Of a stretch of DNA of 64,000 nucleotides, positions 22,090-30,429 are shown in pieces (position 1 is the first letter of the stretch; each line of letters opens with the position of its first letter). The position numbers and the translations under genes were made by a program. The notes beneath the pieces are model-generated. The model searched no databases and had not been told where the DNA came from. It saw only the letters and a list, made by a program, of their open reading frames with translations. The stretch is taken from the NCBI GenBank assembly GCA_964291395.2, contig OZ219856.1, forward strand, positions 1,120,001 through 1,184,000, written 5' to 3'. Source of the stretch: Alphaproteobacteria bacterium. GTDB taxonomy: Bacteria; Pseudomonadota; Alphaproteobacteria; UBA2966.

Positions 22090-22983
22090 CTATTTGTCCA
22101 CGGCTTCGAGGAACCCATTGACGACGTCCTGGCTGACGTCGACGGTGTGCTCGGCCCCCGGGAACGCGCCGCTCCGAACTTCGGAAACGAATTCCTTGAA
22201 CGCCGCAACGCGCACCTTCTGCATTTCCTGGCGCATGGCGTAGAGGTCGCAGTACTGTTTGGCGTGGCGCGGGAACGGCGGTTTGCCGTCCCCCAGCAGA
22301 TCCTGGGCGAAAAGGAACTGGATGTCGCCGCCGGATCCCGATCCGATCGATGACGTCACCAGCGTCGTGCGTTTCGAGAGTTCCCGCATGATCGGCGCCG
22401 GAATCACTTCGCACTCAACGCCCCAGGCACCGGCGTTCTCGAGATCCTTAATGTCCCGATGGATTTGCAGTGCCTCTTCTACCGTCTTGCCCACTGCGCG
22501 CAGGCCGCCCGTCCAGGTGCTCTTCCGAGGAACCAACCCGACATGACTCTGAACGGGAATGCCGGCCGCAGCCACCGTCTCGATGAATTCGAGACTCCAT
22601 TGGCACATGATCGAGTCGGCATCCCCCTCCATGGCATCGAAGGCGGCACGTAACGCTTCGGTCTTGCTGGCGTAAGACGTCAACTTTAGGGCGTAGGTCA
22701 TGAACGTATGGGGTGCCGCCCGGCGGCGTTCAAGCGTGGACTGAGGAGCCTTGGGATCGAACCGCAGCTTCATGGTATCGATCCCCGCCTCTTCTGCTGC
22801 CGCGGCCTCCTCCGGCAAATCCGGGTTGGTCTCGACGAGCTGCCGCACGCCCTTGAGGTCTCGGAGGTCCTTGATCGTGTAGTTGCGCAGGCCATAGGCC
22901 CCGGTCATGGACACGATCCTTTTGAGGGGCCGATCGCCAGTAACTGGCGGAGGCACGACAGGATCGCGATCAAATGGCGCCAT
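22090..22983 (-). CDS. PanB-like (ketopantoate hydroxymethyltransferase family), divergent
   Basis: GIPVQSHVGLVP, GGLRAVGK, ENAGAWGVECEVIP, SIGSG, DLLG; canonical VGDS segment absent. Confidence 0.75.
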   Translation of the reverse strand: MAPFDRDPVVPPPVTGDRPLKRIVSMTGAYGLRNYTIKDLRDLKGVRQLVETNPDLPEEAAAAEEAGIDTMKLRFDPKAPQSTLERRRAAPHTFMTYALKLTSYASKTEALRAAFDAMEGDADSIMCQWSLEFIETVAAAGIPVQSHVGLVPRKSTWTGGLRAVGKTVEEALQIHRDIKDLENAGAWGVECEVIPAPIMRELSKRTTLVTSSIGSGSGGDIQFLFAQDLLGDGKPPFPRHAKQYCDLYAMRQEMQKVRVAAFKEFVSEVRSGAFPGAEHTVDVSQDVVNGFLEAVDK

Positions 22984-23367
22984 GGACTTCTCCCTCGTTC
23001 CGGGCCGATGTATTTCCGTAGACAGAGTAACAGGTCAACCGGCAGTCCTCAGACGGCTCCTCCCAATCCCCGACAAAGCTAACAGGATGGAAATTTTACC
23101 GCGAATCCGGCTTCAGCCGTCATGACAGGCCGTGGTCCTCTCTTGATCTCGAAGGTTCCCGTGGGGTCTTCCTGCAGGGTGACCCCCACGCCACGCATCA
23201 GGCGGCTCAATGCAGTGCGCCGACCTCTTGACCGGTTTCGCGACAGTACACGCTTGCGACCTAATTATCCGCGCGCCAGCTCATCGAACCATTTTGAGAC
23301 ATCCCGCGGATCGCCGTCGGCGGCCCGCACCAGCCCATCGAAGTGCCGTGCGAGGCTGCGCACGAGT

Positions 23368-23582
23368 TTGGATACGAAACGGCGCACCCTAGTCAAGACA
23401 GCCGTCTGGCAACTCATGGGCCTCGCCGTCATGTCGCTGATCGGTTGGGTGTTCACTGGCTCGGGGACACAGAGCGGCGCGATCGCCGTCACGGAACGAT
23501 CTGCGGGTTTGTCATCTATTTCCTCAATGAGCGTGCGTGGTCTCGAGTGCGTTGGGGACAGCCCCACCGAATAGACGACTGA
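23368..23582 (+). pseudogene. DUF2061-like small membrane protein, frameshifted
   Basis: LDTKRRTLVKTAVWQLMGLAVMSLIGWVFTGS in one frame continues as GTICGFVIYFLNERAWSRVRWG in another. Confidence 0.7.
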
Positions 23583-23985
23583 TGCCGCTGGAACCGGCGG
23601 GCCGCCTCGACCCCCATGACGCGCTCGGACCCTGAGCTTCGATATTGGTGAGGTCGTCGGAACGCCGCAGGGCATGGACGGACTGTATGTTCACGACCCG
23701 AGCGGCAGCCAGGTTTTCTATTCGCAGCGCGATGCTCTGATCGGCGTCGGCGTCGCGCCCGCTTGCATATGCGAGGACCTGGCCTCGGGACGACCGGTCG
23801 GGCCCAGGGCCGGGCTGGCGCTTGCTGGAGGGGGAGAAAACAACCTGAACGACGAATGGGATGATTGGTACAAACCGTTCCCGGAAGATCGCCACGGTGG
23901 TAGGCTGGAGCCGGCCCTTGGCGAGGCGCGTCTGGGGTAGAGGTCCTCTCCTTCATGAGGAGGCCCGGCGATACGATGGACCGCG

Positions 23986-24300
23986 ATGAGCCTCTCCCTC
24001 CACTACAACCCGAACTGTCCGGTTTGCACGCGCCGCGCTTCGCTCACGGCGAAACTGGATTGGTTGCGGGCTATCGATCTGCGCACGGACGACTCCCCGC
24101 TTGGCGAAGTTCCGGCGGGCGAGATCGTCGTCGTCGATAGGCAGGAAAATCGCGTGTTCACGGGGGTCTATGCAACTCGCAAGGTGTGCTTGCGGCTCCC
24201 GTTGCTCTTCTTCTACGGACTGCTGCTGTTCGTACCGCTCGCCCGAAAACTGGTCGGAAAGTCGAGTCCGGGGCGCAATGGAGATGCCTGCGAGGTCTGA
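23986..24300 (+). CDS. DCC1/DUF393-like thiol-disulfide oxidoreductase
   Basis: N-terminal YNPNCPVC, LDW, then GVYA...LP pattern. Confidence 0.65.
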   Translation: MSLSLHYNPNCPVCTRRASLTAKLDWLRAIDLRTDDSPLGEVPAGEIVVVDRQENRVFTGVYATRKVCLRLPLLFFYGLLLFVPLARKLVGKSSPGRNGDACEV

Positions 24301-24688
24301 GGCAATCGTCCTGCTGGTCGTCGCTGCGCTGCATCTGATCGTGGGGATGGTCCACCACTACGCGCATGTTATCGCGGGTGTTCAGAACACCACGCTTGAG
24401 CTGCTGTTCATCCTGCTCGTGGTCGCAATCGCGCCCTGGGCGGCTGTGTATGTCGTGTGGAAGCGGAACCTTCGAACCGGTGCGGCCTTGTTCTCCCTGT
24501 CGATGGCCGCCTCGTTTCTCTTCGGCTACTTGCTTCACTTCGTCATCGACAGCCCCGACCATCATGCGAAGGTCATGAAGATACACATGGGCGTCTTCTT
24601 CCACTCGGCCGTCGGTCTCGCGCTGGTGGAATTCGCCGGGCTCGTCTTTGGGTCGTACTTCTTTCTTCGCGATTTCAACGAATCCTGA
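24284..24688 (+). CDS. Small His-rich membrane protein (about 4 TM)
   Basis: Hydrophobic helices with HLIVGMVHHYAH and HFVIDSPDHH; overlaps the upstream gene. Confidence 0.6.
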   Translation: MPARSEAIVLLVVAALHLIVGMVHHYAHVIAGVQNTTLELLFILLVVAIAPWAAVYVVWKRNLRTGAALFSLSMAASFLFGYLLHFVIDSPDHHAKVMKIHMGVFFHSAVGLALVEFAGLVFGSYFFLRDFNES

Positions 24689-24910
24689 GGAGCATCATCA
24701 CTCCAACGTAAAGGAAAATATGTAACCTTCCTGGGAGGGGAGGATGTCTCGATCTTTCCTCTTTGCTGCTCCACGATCGTCAAGCTCGCTCGACGGCGGA
24801 TTGAGGGCAATGGGTGCAGTGTACAGAAACGCGGCGGACGTGGAGAGGCTCAGGGAGGTCCTCTTGAAGCCGCTCTGAGGACTGGGGCCTTGATGACCAG
24901 CGCGAATCCG

Positions 24911-24940
24911 TTGACATCGCGTCCCAGCGGACCATATCTT
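24911..24940 (+). promoter_or_regulatory. Candidate sigma70 promoter for the MMPL/RiPP export genes
   Basis: TTGACA-N18-TATCTT about 250 bp upstream of the MMPL gene. Confidence 0.45.
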
Positions 24941-25188
24941 GCCCCTGCATTGGCCTTCAGTCTGTGTTGCCGCGGAAGGTGGGTGCCTTGATCAACCTTG
25001 ATTCGGACTCAATGGGTTCGGAGCACGTGGTCTGAATTGGACTGCTCCCGGCGTAGTGGGGTTCCGCGCGGTGAGTTGGCGTGTTCGCTACTTTGCCATA
25101 AGGCTTCGAATGCAATGAAGCTTGGCGCGCCGCTTGCCCCCAAGGGCGTTCGTAACTAGTGGCTCCAAGTCCTGTGGACAAGCGCGGC

Positions 25189-27513
25189 ATGGCAAGAGAG
25201 CAATTCGCAACGCGATTTGTCGAACGGGTGCTCGCGGCCCGTCGGCTGGTCATCTTGACCACGCTGTTCTTGGTTGCGATCGCGTCGAGCGGTATTGCTC
25301 TGCTCGAATTCTCTGCCAACTACCGCATCTTCTTCGACGAAGACAATCCGCAGCTTCTAGCGCTGGAAGCGCTGGAGAATACCTATGGGAAGAACGAAAA
25401 CATCGTATTCCTGGTTGTTCCGGACGATGGTGACGCCACGTCGCAAAGCGCACTCTCGGCCGCCGTCTGGCTTACGGAAGCCGCCTGGCAGACACCATAT
25501 TCGAGGCGCGTCGACTCGCTCGCCAATTTTCAATACACGACCGCCGACGGCGATGATTTGTATGTGCGGGATCTTGTTGATCCACAAGAACTGACCCGAG
25601 CCGAGGCGCGGTCGCGAATCCGTGCCGCCGCTTTGTCCGACCCGCGTATCGCAAGCAGTATTCTAGCCCTAAATGGTGATGTCAGCGTTGTAAACGTTAC
25701 GGTTGAACTGCCGGAAGAGGGCCTGTTGGACGCCGTGGCCGAAGTTGCCGAATTCGCCAGATCGGTCGCTGCGGAGGCAGAAGAACGATTTCCCGACATA
25801 GACCTCCGCATCGTCGGCACGGTCATGATCAACCAAACCTTTTTAGAAGCCTCGATCAGCAGCCAGATGATCTTCCTGCCTGCAAGCCTTCTCCTCATGG
25901 CCTTGGTTCTTGGCGTCCTCACCCGGGGCTGGGCGGGGGTGGTGGCGACTGGGTTTGTCATCGTCTTTTCCATTCTCACGTCGGTGGGCCTGGGCGTATG
26001 GGTCGGTTTACCCTTTTCTCCGCCCATCTCGCCGGCACCGACCATCGTGTTGATGATTGTCGTGGCGAACTGCGTCCACCTATTGGTGGCTTTGCAGCAG
26101 CGTCTGCGTGCTGGGGATTCCAAGCACGATGCCATCGTCGAATCCGTCAGGCTCAACCTGCATCCGGTGTTTCTGGCGAGCCTCACGACGGCGCTTGGAT
26201 TCTTGAGTATGAACTTTTCCGAAGTACCGCCCTATCGTCATCTCGGTAACTTCGTCGCTTTCGGTATCGCCGCCTCCTTCATTCTCTCCGTCACCTTTCT
26301 GCCGGCCCTGCTTTCGCTTCTCCCGATTCGTGCCGCAAAGGACCGACGGCTCCGCGGACCCACAATGAATCTCTTGGCGGATTCTGTGCTGCGCTACAGA
26401 AAGGCGCTAATTTGGGGATGGTTGGCGATTGTGCCCGTGATGATTCTGGCCATTCCGCGCAACGAGCTTAATGATGTCCTGGTTCATTTCTTCGATGAGG
26501 GCGTTGAGTTTCGGCAGGATACGGATTTCATGGACGAGCGCTTGAGCGGCAATACCCTGCTCGAATACTCGTTGGAAGCATCTACCGAGGGCGGTGTCAC
26601 CGACCCCCTTTTCCTCGCTCAGGTTTCGAACTTCGCCGACTGGTACCGTGAGCAGCCCCCTGTACGCCACGTGGCGGTCATCACCGATACCTTTCGGCAA
26701 CTCAACAAGAGCATGCATGGCGACGACCCGACCGCCTACCGGATTCCGGAAAGCAAAGAGTTGGCGGCACAATACCTGTTGCTTTACGAGCTCTCGCTTC
26801 CGCAGGGTCTGGACCTGAACAATCAGATCGACAGATCTAGATCGGCCACGCGAGTGACGATATCGGCGGAGACACTTGATTCACAAGAGGTGCTCGAACT
26901 GAACGCGCGTGCCGAGGCCTGGCTAAAGGAAAACGCGCCGCATGTAGCCGGCGTCAACAGCACCGGTCCCGCGGCGCTGTTCGCCTACATCGGGCAGCGC
27001 AACATCCGCGCCATGCTGGTCGGGACAATGGTCGTGCTCCTGGCCATTTCCGCGATTCTTCTCTTCGCCTTGCGATCACTGCGGCTGGGCTTGATAAGCA
27101 TCGTTCCCAATTTGGTTCCCGCCGTGCTGGGCTTCGGCGTCTGGGGATTGACGGTCGGACAGGTAGGACTCTCGCTATCTGTCGTGGTGGCCATGACCGT
27201 AGGCATCGTTGTGGACGATACGGTACATTTCCTCAGCAAGTATCGCCGTGCGCGGCGTGAATACGGCCAGGGCCCCGAAGAAGCGGTGCGTCACGCTTTT
27301 GATACGGCTGGCCGGGCCCTGGTCACGACGACGGTCGTGCTGGTGGCTGGATTCTTGATATTCGTGTTTTCGCCGTTCGTTCCCACCGCGCAGGTTGGGG
27401 TCTTGACCGCGATGATTATTGCCTTTGCGCTCGTTGCCGACCTGACGCTCCTGCCGGCGCTGTTGACGACGGTGGACCGGACTTCCGCGGAGCGGGCCGC
27501 GCTTGCGACCTGA
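25189..27513 (+). CDS. MMPL/RND-family transporter
   Basis: Two repeats of TM + periplasmic loop + 5 TM; LASLTTALGFLS, GIVVDDTVHF, DLTLLPALL. Confidence 0.9.
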   Translation: MAREQFATRFVERVLAARRLVILTTLFLVAIASSGIALLEFSANYRIFFDEDNPQLLALEALENTYGKNENIVFLVVPDDGDATSQSALSAAVWLTEAAWQTPYSRRVDSLANFQYTTADGDDLYVRDLVDPQELTRAEARSRIRAAALSDPRIASSILALNGDVSVVNVTVELPEEGLLDAVAEVAEFARSVAAEAEERFPDIDLRIVGTVMINQTFLEASISSQMIFLPASLLLMALVLGVLTRGWAGVVATGFVIVFSILTSVGLGVWVGLPFSPPISPAPTIVLMIVVANCVHLLVALQQRLRAGDSKHDAIVESVRLNLHPVFLASLTTALGFLSMNFSEVPPYRHLGNFVAFGIAASFILSVTFLPALLSLLPIRAAKDRRLRGPTMNLLADSVLRYRKALIWGWLAIVPVMILAIPRNELNDVLVHFFDEGVEFRQDTDFMDERLSGNTLLEYSLEASTEGGVTDPLFLAQVSNFADWYREQPPVRHVAVITDTFRQLNKSMHGDDPTAYRIPESKELAAQYLLLYELSLPQGLDLNNQIDRSRSATRVTISAETLDSQEVLELNARAEAWLKENAPHVAGVNSTGPAALFAYIGQRNIRAMLVGTMVVLLAISAILLFALRSLRLGLISIVPNLVPAVLGFGVWGLTVGQVGLSLSVVVAMTVGIVVDDTVHFLSKYRRARREYGQGPEEAVRHAFDTAGRALVTTTVVLVAGFLIFVFSPFVPTAQVGVLTAMIIAFALVADLTLLPALLTTVDRTSAERAALAT

Positions 27514-27665
27514 TCTGCCGCCTTTTCGAGCGTGATCGTGAGAAATGCAAACTATCCGAGCCTTTCCTGGTCGACAGTGCATATGACCTCCCAAACCTTC
27601 ACTCGAGCCGAATGAGATTTTCCTTGTCCTTGCTTGATCATCTCTAGGGGCGGATACGCACGGTC

Positions 27666-28217
27666 ATGTTCAATAGTCCGTTTGACTCATTTCACAATAC
27701 CGTTGCCGAAGCAAAGGAAGAGCGTGAACAACTCGACCGGCTGCTGACGATTTCCACACCGCGGGAGCGTCTGCTTGTCGCCGTCATCGCTCTCTTGTTG
27801 TTCGTCCTCGCGGCATGGCTCTTCTTTGGCAACGTAGCCCGTAGCGTTGCGGTTGACGGCGTACTGGTCGAGCTTGGCGCAAACTTGTCCGAGGGCAATC
27901 GGACCGTGCAAGCCCTCGTCTGGGTGGAGAGCGATGTCGCGCCGCACATCGAGGCTGGCATGCCGGCGGTAATAGAGCTAGCCATGACGGATGGGGAGGC
28001 GGACACGCTTGACGGAGAGGTCGACACGATTGCCGCCGTACCCTTGTCCGAGGGGCTAGCAGAATTCGGGTCCGCGGCCCCAGTGTCCGTTTACCGCGTC
28101 GATATCGCGCTCGATGAAGGCCTAGATATTGCTTCCCTTGCGGGTAGGAAATGCCGGATCGTCATCGAACTCGGCAGGCAATCTCCGGTCGCACTTTTCA
28201 GAATGAGGCGATCGTAA
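27666..28217 (+). CDS. Short NHLM-system secretion (HlyD/MFP-like) protein
   Basis: EQLDRLLTISTPRE + single TM and C-terminal CRIVIELGRQSPVALF; upstream of the NHLM ABC pair. Confidence 0.65.
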   Translation: MFNSPFDSFHNTVAEAKEEREQLDRLLTISTPRERLLVAVIALLLFVLAAWLFFGNVARSVAVDGVLVELGANLSEGNRTVQALVWVESDVAPHIEAGMPAVIELAMTDGEADTLDGEVDTIAAVPLSEGLAEFGSAAPVSVYRVDIALDEGLDIASLAGRKCRIVIELGRQSPVALFRMRRS

Positions 28218-28218
28218 A

Positions 28219-30429
28219 ATGCGGCCGGGCGCTTCCAACAAGGCAAGCGACAAGGCCGTATCGGAACTCTCGAAACGAAGGGTAATCACGCCAATTCTGT
28301 TGCAGATGCACGCGACAGAATGTGGTGCCGCCTGCCTCGGCAGCATACTGGCCTACTTCGGGCGCTGGGTGCCGCTTACCGAATTGCGCGAAAAGTGCGA
28401 GGTGAGCCGAGACGGTAGCAGCGCCGCGAGCATCTTACGCGCCTCCAGACACTATGGTCTCGAATGCAGCGGACTCAGCGTACGCGCCGATCAACTGGAA
28501 AAGCTGCAGTTACCTCTGATTGTGTTCTGGCAATTCAGCCATTTCGTCGTCCTCGAAGGGCTCGATGGCCGTAATTATTATCTCAATGACCCGGCCACGG
28601 GGCGACGCAAGCTTTCCGCCGAAGAATTCAACAGGGGCTACAGCGGAATTGCGCTGCGATTCAAGCGCGGCGCCGAATTCAAGCCCGGCGGCGAGTGGCC
28701 CGGCTTGTTCGAGCAATTGAGCACCTTGCTCACCGGATCATGGAGTGTGCTTGCCGGGGCGATTGCATGCGCATTCATGTTGACGTTACTGGCACTTGTG
28801 GTTCCCGCATCCCTCAGTGTCTTCGTGGACAACGTCCTGGAAGAGCATGGGCCCTGGGGCGGATTGGTGGCGGCCCTGCTTGGCGGCGGTATCCTGGTAT
28901 ACGTCCTGTCCTTGCTCAAGCACCGATTTCTGCAGCGGCTCGCAATCCGGATTTCGGTGATTGGCTACAACCGAGGCTTGTCGCGGCTGCTGCGGTTGCC
29001 GGTGGAGTTTTTTGAATACAGGTTGGTCGGCGATTTGACTGATCGAGTCTCGTCCGTCGACAGAATCGCGAAGAATCTGACGGACCAGTTTCTTGTCCTC
29101 GTTGTCGACATGGCAATGAGCGCGGTGTTGCTCGTCGCGATGTTGACCTACGATGTCCTGCTCACGCTGATTGTGCTGTTGCTGGCCCTTCTGCACGGAG
29201 TACTGGCCTACTTCCTCAACGCGCTCCGGGCCGTTCGAAGCCAGGCGATGAGGCGCGAACAGGGATTGTTGATCGGCGTCGGCATGCAGATGTTGAGTCA
29301 TGCGGACAACCTGCGCATGACGGGATCGGATGACCGGTTTTTTTCGCGCTGGAGTGGTCAGCAGGCTCGCGAACTGCATGCGCGCCAGCTCTATGCCGAA
29401 CTGGCCTCCGTCAATACCGCCCTTCCGGGCCTGGTCGCCGCGCTGCGAAGCGCGGCGATCTTGGGCATCGGGGCAAGTATGGTCATGACTGGAGAAATGA
29501 CCCTGGGGGCGCTGGTTGGGATCTATATCTTGGCAGAGATGTTTCTGGCGCCTATCGGGCGCTTTTTGGAGTTCGCCGACAAACGCCACGCGCTCGAAAC
29601 CGATTTGCAACGACTGGAAGACATCTCCAAAGCCGCTGAAGACCCCGCTTTCGGCCGCCGAAGTCGGGAATCGGAGTCGATCCCCACGTTCAACGGCCGG
29701 CTCCAACTTGCAGGTCAACTCGAACTGAGAAACGTCACCTTCGGTTTCAACAAGAGCCGACCGCCTCTGATAAAGGACTTCAACCTCGTGATAAAGCCGG
29801 GGCAGCGGGTTGCCGTGGTCGGTCCCAGCGGTTCCGGCAAGTCGACCTTGGCGCGTCTGGTTTCAGGAATCTATCAGCCTTGGTCAGGCGAAATCCTGCT
29901 TGATGGCTATCCTCGGGATGAGATTCCCGAGGAAGTGCTGCGGCGGTCCATTTCCATGGTGGATCAGGAAGTCGTGCTCTTTTCTGCGTCTCTGCGCGAC
30001 AACATCACGTTGTGGAACCCGGCTGTTCCGGATGAAGTCATCATCGCCGCGACGCGAGATGCCCGCATCCATGACGAAATCCTGCATAGGCCCCTCGGAT
30101 ATTCGACCCTCGTCGAGGAAGGCGGGGCGAATTTCAGCGGCGGCCAGCGGCAACGGCTGGAAATCGCCCGTGCGCTGGTGGGCAATCCGACAGTGCTCGT
30201 TCTGGACGAGGCGACCAGCGCCCTTGATGCCGCGACAGAGGAATATGTCGACGATGCCTTGCGGCGTCGCGGTGTCACCTGCCTGATCCTGGCGCACCGG
30301 CTGAGCACCGTGCGGGATTGCGACGAAATTATCGTGCTCGACAAAGGTGACGAGGTGCAGCGCGGCACGCACGACGAGTTGATCGCGGATCGGGATGGCA
30401 CGTATTACAAGCTGGTCAAGTCAGGCTGA
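28219..30429 (+). CDS. NHLP/NHLM export ABC transporter with C39 peptidase domain
   Basis: LQMHATECGAACL (Cys), SHFVVL (His), TM domain, GPSGSGKST, FSGGQRQR, LVLDEATSALD. Confidence 0.93.
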   Translation: MRPGASNKASDKAVSELSKRRVITPILLQMHATECGAACLGSILAYFGRWVPLTELREKCEVSRDGSSAASILRASRHYGLECSGLSVRADQLEKLQLPLIVFWQFSHFVVLEGLDGRNYYLNDPATGRRKLSAEEFNRGYSGIALRFKRGAEFKPGGEWPGLFEQLSTLLTGSWSVLAGAIACAFMLTLLALVVPASLSVFVDNVLEEHGPWGGLVAALLGGGILVYVLSLLKHRFLQRLAIRISVIGYNRGLSRLLRLPVEFFEYRLVGDLTDRVSSVDRIAKNLTDQFLVLVVDMAMSAVLLVAMLTYDVLLTLIVLLLALLHGVLAYFLNALRAVRSQAMRREQGLLIGVGMQMLSHADNLRMTGSDDRFFSRWSGQQARELHARQLYAELASVNTALPGLVAALRSAAILGIGASMVMTGEMTLGALVGIYILAEMFLAPIGRFLEFADKRHALETDLQRLEDISKAAEDPAFGRRSRESESIPTFNGRLQLAGQLELRNVTFGFNKSRPPLIKDFNLVIKPGQRVAVVGPSGSGKSTLARLVSGIYQPWSGEILLDGYPRDEIPEEVLRRSISMVDQEVVLFSASLRDNITLWNPAVPDEVIIAATRDARIHDEILHRPLGYSTLVEEGGANFSGGQRQRLEIARALVGNPTVLVLDEATSALDAATEEYVDDALRRRGVTCLILAHRLSTVRDCDEIIVLDKGDEVQRGTHDELIADRDGTYYKLVKSG

